This document shows positions 37,301 through 51,273 of a DNA stretch of 64,000 nucleotides, one piece after another; within the stretch, counting starts at the first letter, position 1; each line of letters begins with the position of its first letter. Under the pieces are notes generated by a model. That model searched no databases and was not told where the DNA came from. It saw nothing but the letters and a program-made list of their open reading frames with translations. The position numbers and the translations under genes were made by a program. This stretch comes from Anthoceros angustus (Eukaryota > Plantae > Anthocerotophyta): positions 1,798,001 through 1,862,000 of the forward strand of contig MU008164.1 in assembly GCA_010909165.1 (NCBI GenBank). The letters run 5' to 3'.

Positions 37301-38155
37301 CTCTGTTGCTGCACACAGATCAAGCACTCTTCACAGAGCCCTTTCTGTGCGTACCCAGCTGTCAAGGAAGTACATGGCACCACATTCCTTGAGAGGCCCA
37401 ACTGTCAAACACCGGCGTGCATCTTGCAGTTCAGTACTGTTGCCCATTAAAATGTCACATTATAGCTGTCCCCTTCCACAATTTGGAAGTGCAGCTGCCC
37501 CTGCCTTTCTGTGAGGCGCCAGTGCTTGCACAGGCCTTCAGAATGCATGCAAGCTAAAGTAACATGGTCAGCCACAATCAGGCCCTCTTGCTCTATTGGC
37601 TGAGCCCTCGCTGTGCATACCCAGCCAGCACTAGTGCCGCCTATGTCACCACACCCTTTCTGGTGAAAGTGTCGAACATGGCGTTAGACAGAGCATGCAT
37701 ACGGGAGCGTATACCTATATATTCACAAATAAAAGAAAAACGTTCTAGGTATTGGCTGGCCAGTTCTGCCATAGGAATCCTAGTCACACAAGGGTTTGAA
37801 ATGGCTGTGATTCTGTCATTCCCGCCGGAACCGGGAACTTCTCAGACTGAGCCGCCAGGGATGAGGAGGACTGGGAACTTCATTGGACTGACCTGGCTGC
37901 TGAGGAGGGTCGACCGAGGGTCGTCCTTTGTGGGGCAGTCTTCTCGCGCGGAGGCTGGGAGGACCAACCAATGATTCACCACCAACGTACGAGCTCCTTC
38001 AACTGCGCGAAACATGGATCGAGAAACCCCATTTCCAGCTGCAAGTCTTGTATATGGTCGGTTGGCGGAACCGTTGAATCCACACAGCGTCAAGATGAAG
38101 CCTCGTTTGTGGAGCAATCTGATGAGGAAGTTTGATGACGAAGAGGAGGACGACG
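34310..38155. repeat. Right arm of inverted duplication IR1
   Basis: Reverse complement of 16500-21285 with only one copy of the 1.09-kb unit and an extra 90-bp segment at about 35920-36010. Confidence 0.9.
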
Positions 38156-38673
38156 AAGTTAGCGTCATTGAAACCATATATATCCCATATACGCACCGGG
38201 TGTCCATATTATCATAGCCCTATCCATGGAGGCCGATAACGCACACATAGGCTGGCTCACTCTTCCTCCATCACCTTGCACTGGGGCTTCCAGCAGACAG
38301 AGTAATAAAAAACCAGTTTTGGTGACCTACGAGAACAGATTCTGCACATATTTGGTACAAGAGTCACTTGGCAAGATAACGAGCAGTGCCATCTTCCTCT
38401 GCAACGGGAAAAGGAAAATCAAAGCCCTCTGCAGATGCAAAATTGAAGGAAAGTGGTGAGCACTTCTTTTGTGTCTCAATGTTGTCAACCAAAACTACTT
38501 CAGACCTTTTGCTGGAATTGATTGGCAGCCTCTGGACACCTTCGGCTAGCTACTTCTCTCCGGGTCTGAGGTTCTACCCATTCAACTTCGCTACGAACTT
38601 GGACAGAGCTTCCAACACCAGGTACTTGACTGTTTGAAAGCACACACTGACAGAGTTGAAACAACGGAAACTG

Positions 38674-40477
38674 TCAAACACCCATATCATTCGGTCGAAA
38701 GAGACGACACGAGTTGCTCCAGAATGAGGCACTCTCGCCTTTGCCTGTGGAAATGAGACTCCATTTTCGGTGGGGAATGTTGTATCCCACCAAGTGCGTG
38801 TACAAGCCGTCTTCACGGTCGGAGACAATGCCAGTAGCAATAATGAAGAACATTGTATCACCCAACAAGGTTGCTCCATACAAGGTGCTCCTCCGACTCC
38901 TCGCCCGCCTCCGGTACCTGCCTGGTCCCAAGAGCTCTTTCTGCAAATGCTCGGGCAGAAACGATACCTTCCGCCACATGTATGGGCTCCTTTCCAGCTG
39001 CCAAATCCCAAAATCCACCAAGTTGTCCTGCTGGTCGTCTTGTTCAAGGCAAAAATTCTCCCCACGCAAAGGATTTCTGGATATCTCTTGGCTCCATATC
39101 CCCATCATCGTCAATACTTATGTTACCCGGGTTGCCATCCCAAATAACCCGGCCACTTTTGAGACAGTGCATGTTCATCGAGTTGCCCCACCTGGCGCCC
39201 CACTTTGCTTCGCACAGTTCAGCATTACACAAAAATACTGAGGAAGTCGTTTGAGCGCATTTTCACAGAAAACCAGAGTGGCTGAGTCAAAGCAGTGGCG
39301 TCCCACCTATTATCCTTATCCTTGGACCTGTAGATGCTTACAGTTGGTTTATCTGTCCGCATACACAAAACAATGAGGGTGAAATGTCCGCTTTCTTCCA
39401 CCTCAAGCTGGACTCTCCAGGATTCTGGGTAGCCGTGAAAGTCAGCTTCCATGCCCGGCTCCGGTGGCAGCACTTTGAATGTTCTCAGAATAGGATTGGC
39501 AACGCAGAAACTCATACCTTCTGCCTTCTTGCAATCGTCATCATAATCTCGATAGCACTTATGCATATCCTCATCCTCTGCCGTCGAATACCTCTCCTCA
39601 TCCTCCTCCTCCCCTCCTCCTCTTCCTCGTCATCCTCGCCCTCTACGTCTTCGTCTTCGTCTTCCTCATCATCCTCGTCCTCTTCGTCTTTGTCTTCCTG
39701 ATCATCCTCGTGCTCTTCGTCTTCCTCTTCCCATCATCCTCCTCCCCATCCCTGTCCCCATCCCCATCCATCTCCTCCTCCTCATCGTTCTCATCCTCCT
39801 CCTCAGCATCCCCGTTCCCATCACTCTCCTCCTCCTTTTCCTCATCCTGTTTCTCATCCATTTGGATCCGCTGAGTTTCAACCTTGGGTCTTGCAGCTGG
39901 CTTCTGTCGGTCAACCTTGAAGATGCAGACCAATCCATCCTTCACAACGAACTCCCGGGCTCCGAAAGACTGGAATTTGAGAGGAAGAAAGGACAACCCA
40001 ACTTGGAGAACCTCCAACTCCCCGATTTCAGAGGGCGTTTGAGCTCGCGTCTCGAAAGAAGCCAGCTCGCCAAGCTGGTACTGCATTCTACACACCGGAA
40101 ATGCAGGTCGAGGCTCCACAGAGTCACATAAGCGCTTGAAATCCAAAGATACCAACAGGGACTGCCAGGTCTTGGAAACGATGGAGAAGCGAATGCGGCT
40201 GCCGAATGGCAGCCTGGCCAGAATTATATGCAGACACTCCTCGGGAGATTGCTCCACAAAAAGGCTTCATCGCCAAGGTGTGTGGATCCAACGGTTCCGC
40301 CAACCGACCATCCAACACTCGCAGCTCGAAATGGGGTTTTCCAATCCATGTGCGGCACAAAGAGCACCTTGTGGCTCTGATGACCTCGCACCTTCCGTAA
40401 TTGTCCCATCCCGGATCGTATTCCTTACATTCCTGGCACACATCCTTCACGCGGATACATTTGTCGCACAATCTCAT
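38674..40477 (-). CDS. F-box family copy F3 (diverged paralogue); frameshifted as given
   Basis: SPEECLHIILARLPFGSRIRFSIVSKTWQS, acidic tract at 39590-39860, MSFCVANPILRTFKVLPP, and C-terminus SCRLFRPNDMGV-stop. Confidence 0.85.
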
Positions 40478-40544
40478 CTTCCCGCGAGAGACCTGGACGC
40501 CATGAGAGACTCTCCACGGTATGAAGTTGCCAGTTTGCGCGGAG

Positions 40545-40770
40545 CAAGATTTATAAAGTCGTCTCCGGCTTACAAACTCCTACAGGAAGTCGAACTAGCG
40601 TCAATGCGACACTTCATAACGACACCCAAACAAATACATAGATACGTCTCAATGTTTTTAGGGCAAGAGCAAGATTTAAAGTCGTTTCCCGCTTAGGAAC
40701 TCTTACAGGAAGTCGAACCAGGCCGTCTATGCGACACTTCATAGCGACACCCAAACAAATACATAGATAT
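40545..40770. repeat. Imperfect tandem duplication of about 120 bp upstream of F3
   Basis: GCAAGATTTA..AAGTCG..TACAGGAAGTCGAAC..ATGCGACACTTCATA.CGACACCCAAACAAATACATAGATA occurs twice. Confidence 0.8.
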
Positions 40771-43700
40771 TGTTAGGAGGATGATTAGATTGTGCTTTTG
40801 TCAAGAAAGAGCCAGCATGAGTACTGTGGACATGAGAGCGGGCATCCAGGAGCTATAGGGATTAGCTATGGGAAAACGTGAGTGGCCACAACTTACAAGA
40901 CTGTCACTGTAGTTAAAATGTAGAAAAACATGCCTTGGACATCCTATAAAATTGTATTCCATTTTCCTACTCGTGGGCAAGTACAACGAGAACAGGCCGA
41001 GAGCCTGTATCCCGGTGCCCATGCTTAAGAGGATCTCTCCCCTTACTGAGGTTGGAGCCACGCTCTCTTGAATTCTCGCACTGTGACCTTGATTGCTTGT
41101 GCGAAAAGTGTATGAAGGACACGAAGGACCGAGGAGGCATCTAACCATTTGTGTGTAATCACGAGTGGACTGTGGTGCTGTGAATTACAATAGATAGATC
41201 CTCTTGCGGTGACCTCATCCTATCACCTTTGATGTATGCGTATGCACCTTGATCGGGTTCATTGCGGCCCGGTTCATCGTTCGGTTCAACTCGCCATATC
41301 TTTGATAGTCCGAAGGGTGACCACCGCGATGTTGGCACAATCTTGTCACGAGCAAGAATACGGTCTAGTAACCTTACCTTCCCATGCATGTGTCTGTAGG
41401 TCCGGATACATAGTTCACGCTTAAAGTCAGATACACCTTAACAATGACACCCCCGGCGGGACCTGCACAGGTTTGAGTAGACCTGGTGTTTTGATGATTC
41501 CAATACATGTGGCTGCCCTTAATTGCCTGCCTCTCTGCCCTGCTGTGTAGGTCCATGAATTTCTGTTTTCTCTTATGTAAGGGAAGCAATCAAAATGGCC
41601 ATCCTCTCGCGGTTGATTGCTTTCTTGACTTGCGCTCGGACGGTTCTTGACGAGTCACCCCGAGTGTATCCTCATCTCGCTTGGGTGAGTGGTGCTTCCG
41701 GGCCTTCCAGCTTTCCGGGGCATACAAACCAACGACGGATTAATGATAGGATGATAGATAGGGACTAAAATTTAGAAGAGCTAGGACATAATGACGTTTT
41801 CAGACTCATCTGGTGCAAGGAAAGTCGAGGATATGTCAGTGCGTCCAGCATTCTATGGTACCCAGGAAGACCACGGCGACTCGGCTATTCAGGATTCTCA
41901 AGACTCACATGATGGGAACAGAGAAGAAGTATACAAAACTTTTCCCTGCTTCTCTTCATGGTGAGGCTGAGGCCTGGTTTGAAACCTTAGAGGATGCCTG
42001 TAGATTAGATTGGTCTGGCCTCTGCAGTGCCTTCCTTACCAAGTTCAGAAGTCCAACCTTCCATACATATAGCAAAGACGCCCTTGACTGATTATACCAA
42101 GGAGATCATGAGTTGATTGAAGATTATGCTGAGCGATCCCGTATCCTGGTCAAGAAGCTGGCCTATGTGACTCCTGAAAAGCTCAGCAAGGTCAAGCGGT
42201 TCGTCGAGGGTTAAGAGGCGAATTCTATAGTCGGAAAATGGAAGCGAGGTTGTGACACTTTCCCTGGCCATTGAGATGGCCATGGAACGGGATAGAACAA
42301 AACCACGTCTGCGCGCCGGCCACCCAAGAAGATGGTTTCGCATCATCACCCCAGCATCTAACAAGTCCGATTCTGATTTTGATGCAGGCAAATACTCCTC
42401 ATACGACCAGAACTTAAAAAAAACGGCTCCAAGCTTGTCTACCCATCCCCAGGAGAAGTTGCAAGCAAGGACCGAAGCTGAGATGCAATCGCTGCACATC
42501 AAGGAAAAACGCAAGTCGAACAGCTTTTGAGGAAGATCAACAACATGTAGGCTCATATCACCCGCTTAGAGTTGGAGAAGATATATGAACCTGCCATGCC
42601 ACGATCCCGGGAGCCCTGTAAGAAGTGTGGAGCAATTGAGCATACCACTGGGTACTGTACCAAAGCTCCTTGCGTTCAGTGCGGCGAAACTGGTCACGTC
42701 GAGTGGCGCTGCCCAAAGAATCCTGTGGCTTCATCAAGTGGAAGAGGCGGACGGGGACGTGGAGCCGGCAGAGCTCGTTGTCAGTTTCCCAGGCCAGATG
42801 CTTGGGGAAATCCAACTCTCAGTGTTGTTGTGGAGGAGGAACCAATTGAGCTGCCTGCAGCAACTGTGCATGGTGTTTTCACAGCCACGCACACGTTCCC
42901 GGACCTCCTGCTGTTACCGATGCCAATACCTCACACAAGAAGCCAAAATCTGATGAGGAGGACAAGCCACGGGGGAAAGCAGCAAAGAAGGACACCACGT
43001 TTGCTGGTCCCGAAGTGGAGATGCATGACGCATCTGTTGTCAACAAGCCAAAGAAAAGAAGGAAGAAGGGTGCTACCCTGCCGCCAGTCTCACGGGACGC
43101 ACCCAGGTATTCGCTGGTAGAAGATATTGCAGATCGGGAAGTAAAAATGACCTTTCCCCATTTGTTTGGGATGTTGCCATCTGCTCGCCGTGAAATGACC
43201 TCTGCTTTGAGTACCAGGGAACCCAAGCCTAAGAAGACGAAGGGAAAGGCAAAATTGGAAAGTGTCGGTGCATTGAAAGTTGCTGGCAGCCCGGAATCAT
43301 CTGCCTATCCAATGGGATGGCTGAGGAAACACGCTGTGCCATCTGTCATGGCATATGTAAACGATGTTGAAGCCACAGATGTTATGGTAGATGTCGGTGC
43401 CTCCACCAATCTGATCAATTCGAGATGGCTGACCGTTTTTGGTCTTACCTCCACAAGAAGAATCACTTGCCCACAAGTCTTCAGGGATGCCTCAAACACC
43501 CCACTACCCGTCCTGGGGGTAATAGAGAACGTGAAGGTAGTTGTACATAGGATCAAGGTGAGAATTGGGTTTACGGTGGTTGAAGTACCTGGTTCCGCAT
43601 ATAATCTAATTTTGGGCCAACCTTGGTTGGAGATGGTGACCGTTTTGGTCTTACCTCCACAAGAAGAATCACTTGCCCACAAGTCTTGAGGATGCCTCAA

Positions 43701-44800
43701 ACACCCCACTACCGTCACAGGGGTAATAGAGAACGTGAAGGTAGTTGTACATAGGATCAAGGTGAGAATTGGGTTTACGGTGGTTGAAGTACCTGGTTCC
43801 GCATATAATCTAATTTTGGGCCAACCTTGGTTGGAGATGGTACACGGGAGCCACCACTGGGATTCCGGCATCCTCGAGATTGGTCTGGCTGGAAGAAGGG
43901 TGGAGATTAAAGCATGGCAGCCAGAGGATATATGCATGGAAGGAGCTGCGGAGAGCTCGATGTCTGATACTTCTGTTTACACCGATGACGAGGAAGATAT
44001 TGAGGTTGACTTCTCGGATGATAGCTTACCCATCCATTCCACCAAGCAGACAAGACAGGTCATCGAGTTTTATTATGCAAGATGGGAAGTAAAATGACCT
44101 TTCCCCATTTGTTTGGGATGTTGCCATCTCAGTGAAATGACCTCTCGCTTTGAGTACCGTGGAACCCAAGCCTAAGAAGACGAAGGAAAGGCAAAATTGG
44201 AAAGTGTCGGTGCATTGAAAGTTCTTTGGCGGCCGGAATCATCCGCCTATCCAATGGGATGGCCGAGAACACGCCTGTGCCATCTGTCATGGCATATGTA
44301 AACGATGTTGAAGCCAGATGTTATGGTAGATGTCGGTGCCTCCACCAACTGATCAATTCGAGATGGCTGCTTTGGTCTTACCTCCACAAGAAGAATCACT
44401 TGCCCACAAGTCTTCGGGGATGCCTCAAACACCCCACTACCGTCACAGGGGTAATAGAGAACGTGAAGGTAGTTGTACATAGGATCAAGGTGAGAATTGG
44501 GTTTCACGGTGGTTGAAGTACCGGTTCATATAATCTAATTTTGGGCCAACCTTGGTTGGAGATGGTACAGGAGCCACCACTGATTAGGCATCCTCGAGAT
44601 TGGTCTGGCTGGAAGAAGGGTGGAGATTAAAGCATGGCAGCGAGGATATATGCATGGAAGGAGCTGCGGAGAGCTCGATGTACGATACATTTACACCGAT
44701 GACGAGGAAGATATTGAGGTTGACTTCTCGGATGATAGCTTACCCATCCATTCCACCAAGCAGACAAGACAGGTCATCGAGTTTTATTGCGTGACAGCAT
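40771..44800 (+). mobile_element. Ty3/gypsy-type element remnant: putative LTR, gag with two zinc knuckles and aspartic protease, no RT or integrase
   Basis: Starts TGTTAGG at 40771. Gag LFPASLHGEAEAWF..W..L..AFL.KF; knuckles CKKCGAIEHTTGYC and CVQCGETGHVEWRC; protease VMVDVGASTNLIN. The right LTR boundary was not identified. Confidence 0.85.
43135..44790. repeat. Nested tandem duplications of the protease region
   Basis: About 43420-43635 is repeated at 43635-43835, and 43135-44090 is repeated noisily at 44085-44790. Confidence 0.85.
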
Positions 44801-47499
44801 GGGAAGTACACGTAGTGATCAAGGATGAAGGACTTTCCCATCCCAATGTTTATTTACGGTAAGCATATGTCCCCACATTGTGAGGTATAAACCGTCCCTG
44901 CTCACACGACGACTACCGTGCCCCAGAGACGGCAAGAGCCAAGGGACGACGGCCCTCCATACCAGGTCCTCGATGGCCAACGAGGGGAGAGCAACCTCCT
45001 GTCCATCATCCTCGATGGCCATCGTCATTGACAGGGAATTGCAGCCCTTGTCCTTAATGGTCATCGTCGGTTTCCACCACTGTGCAACAATAATGTGCAC
45101 ACATACGCAATGATCCACAAGCAGACAGTCGGGCGGAAGGTGGCGGTTTGACTTATCGGATTCCACAAACACTTTAGCTGCGGGCATGGACTTGTAGGTA
45201 GGCGAGCAGGGCCAAACAAAAGTGTTCACATCCGGCCTCACCGAACCCCAGCCATACCGTGTGGTCACCAAAACACCATGCCTGCACCATGTGGAAGGAA
45301 CCACCTCACCACCGACAGCAAGTCCCCACGAGGATAGCCACGATGAGCAGCTCGCTCCACGCGTGAGGTGGTGACACCGCCCCTCCAACCTTTGCAAAGG
45401 ATCCTTGATGGCCATCGACAATATTTCTAGTTGTGCACCTGAAGATGGAGACATGAACACACGCCTCGTGGTGCGAACTACCACTCCACGCCCATTTAGG
45501 TTTCCGACGGAAGCTAGTTCCGGCATACGTCAACATGTCCGTCATACATGGCATAAGGTAGCAAGGGAGAGCGCCCGCAGGCAGGCATGTTTCCGCTGAA
45601 AGACAGGCTTGCCCGTAGCTGCGAGGATGACCAAGAGAAAGGTAGTTGCGTGAAGCGAGGGGCAAGGTGGTGACATTTAAAGCGGACCACCACCTTCTAC
45701 AGCCACTTGTGCCCCAGGCCACATCGGGCCGATGAGAGGATCTTGAATTTCAACTGTTCCTTACATGTGACAAATCAAACATGGCAGGCTCTGATGGCTG
45801 CCATCGACCAACAGTGACGGTTGTTGGTAAATGGAATGAGTGTGAAGCTGGCGCGCCGCAGCCATAGAGGAGCGCGGAATGCGAAGTTTGTTTTCATGTC
45901 TGCTAAGGGCTGGAAATCGCTGCGGCGGTGCGGCGCCATAGTGACGTCGAGCCGTCACCCTAGCATGGTGCCGGGCGGCGTGAATACATTATCGTTACGC
46001 CATGTGGCCGCGCATGATTGGTGGAGAGCGAATGGGAGTCTCGAGCGATGGACATCATTATCTAGGAGAACGGGAATTGGCATATATATGGCAAATTCAC
46101 ATACGGACGGTCCTTTATTCATGGCATAATGAAAGGGGGCATTTAGTTTGCTTGAATGGCTCTCACGTGCCACCCACTGTCCTTGCACAATGGTGTAGAT
46201 GTTGATATAGATACCGAAACAGTGGAATAGCGCGTCTGTCAGTTCAAATAACAGTGTTTCTCAGCATAGGGGTTTGTCTCCGAACCCCATTTTGGCCCCA
46301 ACCATCCAGAAATGCACATGTCTCATTTCACTGTTTTCAGTGATTTGCGAACCCACAGCCCATGCATCCGAGCCCAAAAGAAGACCTAATGTGCCCACCG
46401 TCCGCACAAATGCCGAACACATCTTTGTTCCAAGTGGCCGGATGGCTGGTGCACTTATGCTCTAAAGAGCTGGAGTGCGCCGAACGTCTAGCGCACTTAT
46501 ACTCCAAAGAGGTGCAATACACCGGGTTTGGAGAGGGTTGCGTCAATACTTGTGTAGGCAAGCACTTTCGTTCAAGTTGCTTGTGCACACTTGCTACCGC
46601 ACCAACACTCACATCAATTCTCTTTTCAAACCCCGTGATTCAGAGCAATCCCAGACGGCAGGCATACCTTGTCTGACCTGGCCCCTCCGTGTCGGAGATA
46701 AGCCGCACTTAGATCTGCAACATTAGGCCCCGTGGGCAAGAATTGGACAAGGTAAAGGATGGTGAGGCCTCCTCAACCGTTCTTGATCAAACTCTTCAAA
46801 GCTTACATTTCTTCTTGTCAAGTCCGTACCGCTTTCAACCTTAATCTATCCATGGATGGCACATGGAGCAAGTCGATCTTAAATTCAAAATCTCTGGCGA
46901 AGCTTGGCTATAGTTCGTCTCGAACACCTAGTTTACGTAGTGGGCGTCACGGTGGGTATAGAGGTCCTCCTTCGAGCCTCACCGAAATACTCACCATTTG
47001 GTCAAAACCCCACCGGGCGACCAGCCTCTTTCTTGAGATACTGGCTCTCACTAGGGCTCGCAGCAGATGCTCTCTTATACTTGTGTTCGATCGCATCCGA
47101 TGTGCTTTCATTACTCAAGGACAAATCATCTATTCTATTTATTTTCTTGCTTCTCTCGCAAAACATTGTGAAACATTGTCGCCTTCAAAAGGTTGGCCAT
47201 TAGAAACCACCATCATACATGTCGAATTTTGGAAAATGTAGCTCATCTAGAAACCAAGGCCTATGCATCTATACGCATCAAACTCGAATGAGCGGACATT
47301 TGGCACCAATCAAAGAGATCCAACTGCAAGTCATCGGTAGGGGCACATAGAGTAAGGCCAAAAAGGTTTTACATGTTGTATACAAAGCGAATGTGGGAAT
47401 ATAATATCAACCAACAAATGATTTTCAAAAATAATATTCATGACTTTACGCCTAGATACCGGATGATTTACAAATTTTTCAAACCACTAAAATCAACAC

Positions 47500-47745
47500 T
47501 CCATCCTAGTATTGATACGCCTCTAGGTTGCTTAACAGTAGAGTTGTTACAAAGTTTTCAAAGCGCCAAAAACCATCCTGGTATTGATACGCCTCTAGGT
47601 TGCTTAACAATGGAGTTGTTACAAAGTTTTCAAAGCGCCAAAAACCATCCTGGTATTGATACCCCTCTAGGTTGCTTAACAGTGGAGTTGTGGTATTGAT
47701 ACGCCTCTAACAGTGGAGTTGTTACAAAGTTTTCAAAGCGCAAAA
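47500..47745. repeat. 72-bp tandem repeat, about 3 copies plus a deleted copy
   Basis: CTCTAGGTTGCTTAACA starts at 47521, 47593 and 47665. Confidence 0.9.
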
Positions 47746-48639
47746 AACAAGCAACCCATCCTAGTTCTAGTCCATCCCAAGAGTACTTAACCGTGGATTT
47801 CTCCAAGCACCAAAGTGACGCACCCCATCCTGGTACTGATCCGACGCGAGGGTGCTTAACCTTGAAGTTCTTATGCTAGTGTGTTTATCTTCACCCTTAC
47901 CCGAGCAAATGCTCTCAAAGGGATACAAACAATATATATACATTTGCGCCGGACGTCCGGCGCATCCACTCCACCATTTCCATCTCGCTGGACACCCGCA
48001 AGATTGGGGTCTCAGAAATGCGGACGTCCGGCGCAGTTTTAGCAGACTCACGCCAATGTGCCGAACGTCCGCATTGCTCCAATTCCTTCTATGTTTTCAC
48101 TCTAACAATGGAGATCCTGTGGTTGTGTACTCAAAGTGCACCGACGCCCAGCGCTACTTTCTAGAGTCGTAGTTTGGTCCTCTCGAGATGGCCATGATCG
48201 CTATCGGTTAATGTTCTTCACAATTGCGCCGGACGTCCAGCTTGCTTTTCGCTTAATTGCTACTTTTATGTTGGTTGCGGACGTCCGCAGCTTTGGCTTG
48301 CTGGACTAGTTTTGTTTGGTTTTGCCTACTGTTCACCCTGCTAGGAAGTACTATCGCTGCGAAAGAGGTGTTTAGGATTCCTAGCACCGTTAAAAATCCT
48401 TGAAATCCCTTCCTTGTGAAGGTGAAATCCGCGAACCTTCTTCGGCTTAAACCCTGTTAGCGTAAGTATTCACGAGAAAATAACATGGTCAATGTCTTTC
48501 AGTATATGTCTAAAGAGTGGTTTTGCTAAAGATGATGCATTTTGGCCCGTTTTCGGGAGTCATTTTTTGGTCTTTAGGGACCCAAACCCCTTTAATGGAG
48601 AATAACCCCTATTCTGAGAGACGCTGTTAAATGACCTTC

Positions 48640-50270
48640 AGACATGGCATGTTTTCTTCCATGCCATGAGTTTTCAATTATTCTAATGGCTTGCACCCAC
48701 CTCCCTTGGACCATGGTGGAGGGGAGAATTTTATTTGAGAGAAAGGGAACCATTGTCCTTGGTTCATGGCAAGTTGTAAGATGGCCATGACCTTGTCATG
48801 GCATGGCACTTCCTTGGTCATCGGCCACTCGAAATCGCATTGCAAACACTTGTCCTTGGGTCACGAAATGGTCATAAAAAGCGGGGACTATATATGGCAT
48901 GCATGGAGGAATGGCATCGTGGACAAGGAAGGTTTCGTGTTGTGCGCCGTGCACAAACACGTAATGAGGAAGGTGGCATGGCAAGGCAAGGAGCCAGGCA
49001 TGGCATGCCACGTAGTCCCCTTCTTGGTTTGGGACGTTGACTTTGAATATTTGGTGGTCCTAGCGCAAGTGAGGTGGAGATGGTGGGGAACTGGATGTGG
49101 TGCCCAAGGTGCTCAAGTGGAGAGGAGGAGGAGGCGGATGTGGGAGGCGGGCCAAGGCGTGCATATGATGGTCGGGAGGAGGCGATGTGGAGATGGTGGG
49201 GAACTGGATGGAGGAAAGGTGGCATGGCATGGCATGGCAAGGATGGTCCTGCGCAAGTGAGGTGGAGATGGTGGGGAACACGGATGTGGAGATGGCGGAT
49301 GATGAGGTGGAGAGGGTGGTGTCTCTAATAGGTGGGGAGCTAACTGGGCTGCTGCGGAGAGAATCAAAACTTCGGAGGAGGAATCGCCGGGCCGTGACAT
49401 CGGGAGGAGGAGGAATTTGGCGTGAGTCAGGAGAAAGAGGACTGGTGATCGGGAGGAGCATGGTGGTGCTGCCCAAGAGGCCGACCGTGTGGTGGCGAGA
49501 GAGGCCATTGGTCTTGTGGACCTTCATTCGGTGGCGATGGACAACCCCAACAACGTGGGAGGAGGATGCCACAGGAGTGGGCGGTCTCTTGGAGGAGGCG
49601 GTTGCGGAGGGGGGCCAAGGAACGCGTGCATATGATGGTCAGGAGGACGGTGAGGAGAAGGACACCAGTGGCAGCAATGATGGGGAAAGCCGAGCGAGGA
49701 GGCAGATGTGGAGATAGTGGATGATGAGGTGGAGATGGACATCCTGACTACATTGCCACTACCTGAAATTGGAGAATTGATGGAGCAGTTGGCCGGTAAG
49801 CCACTAGACGACGTCATTGATGTGTTGTGCAGGCTGCATGGGCATGGTGGAGTGTACATGGCTGTGAGCCGGTTATGCGATGGAGGTTGGGTGAAGAATG
49901 AGGAGTTGACTGGTTGGTGCGACGTGGTGATATGTAGGACGTGAGCTCTAAGTGATGTGTGTGCATGACTGCGGGGAAGAAGGGAAGGAAAGGCGGTGGA
50001 AGGTGAAGGCCATGTCGGGAAGGAAGGCACGAGATACTAGTGGAGAGAAGGAAGATGGAGGAAAGGTGGCAAGCAGGCGTCACCGTCAGTGATCGGAGGA
50101 GGAGAGAGATGGTGGGGAACACGGATGTGGGAGGCAACGAGAGATGGTGGGGAACCCGGATGTGGGAGCGGAGCGCTGGAGAGATGGTGGGGAACACGGA
50201 TGGATGAGAGAATGCGGAGCGCTGGAGAGATGGTGGGGAACACGGATGGATGAGAGAATGCGGAGCGCAT
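48640..50270. repeat. Low-complexity purine-rich region with (ATGGC)n runs and repeated GAGATGGTGGGGAAC motifs, probably transposon non-coding sequence
   Basis: Motifs read directly. Overlapping ORFs in all frames are compositional. Confidence 0.6.
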
Positions 50271-50539
50271 GCCGAATGCAACTGAAAACAACCGTGGCGG
50301 TGGGCCGTTTGTGGAGGGAATGTGAATGTTGAGCCATTTTCTTGCGTACTGGAGTCGCGATGCATGGGTGGACGGTGATGGTCAATCGGCAACAAGCAGA
50401 TGGAATTGGTATTCCCACCTTTGTAGCCTAGCATTCTGAGGGTCCTTCGCCGTGAAAGTGGTGATTGAGGCTGGATAGGTCTAGGAAGTTGTGGAGGAAC
50501 CACGAAAACAATGGTGTTGGTGCGAAGAGTCACCAAGTG

Positions 50540-50930
50540 ACGTAAGGGTTAGCACATACATATATATACATATATATACATATCACTTGGAAGGCGTACA
50601 TGTTTGTAGATAAAGCCAATTGCATCGGTGGCAACAAAGCCGAAAGGATAGAGGACGCTTGAAGTGTCCAAAAATTCCAATTAATTTGTCAATAAAATCA
50701 AACACTTATATATGCAAGGTATGAGAGTGACATAAGGGTTAGCACATACATATTACTATATAAACAAGTCTTGAAGCCTATATACATATATATATATACA
50801 AAGGAGGCATATAAGTACACTAATATAATATAAGTATAACGGATGGATGTGTACATATATATGTACACATACTTACACATACTTATGTCTTGAAGCCTAT
50901 ATACATATATATGTATACAAAGGATATGCA
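50540..50930. repeat. AT-rich (AT)n/(ACAT)n simple-sequence region
   Basis: Direct reading. Confidence 0.8.
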
Positions 50931-51273
50931 AAGGAGGTAAAATAGGAAGGGAAGGATAGCCCTCCTGGGGAGAGAGAGGTCCTTGTTACAATCATGTTGC
51001 AAGAGGAAGAGGGGAAGAGTATAAAATGGTTGTGATAGGGGAGGTCCTTCTCACAGTCATGATGGAGGAGGAGAAGTGAAAGAGTATAAAAAGGGTGTGA
51101 TAAGGGGAGCAATAACTAGCAGGGTGAGGTGAGAGGAGAGAGACCAAGCATTGTGTTAAGATGATGTGAGAAGGTGGATAAGAAATTGACACCCTGAACA
51201 CCAAGCCACCAAAGAGTGTTGCAATTTTGAAGTGGTGTGTGTCACAGCGAATGCAGGGTACTAGTGCGAAAGT

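Noticed and set aside
46759-47241. 160-aa ORF as a real gene
   Set aside because: No recognisable motif, splice context or start context; could be the antisense of degenerate transposon sequence.
48766-50536. Numerous overlapping 100-240 aa ORFs
   Set aside because: They result from low-complexity purine-rich repeats lacking stop codons; no domain signature.
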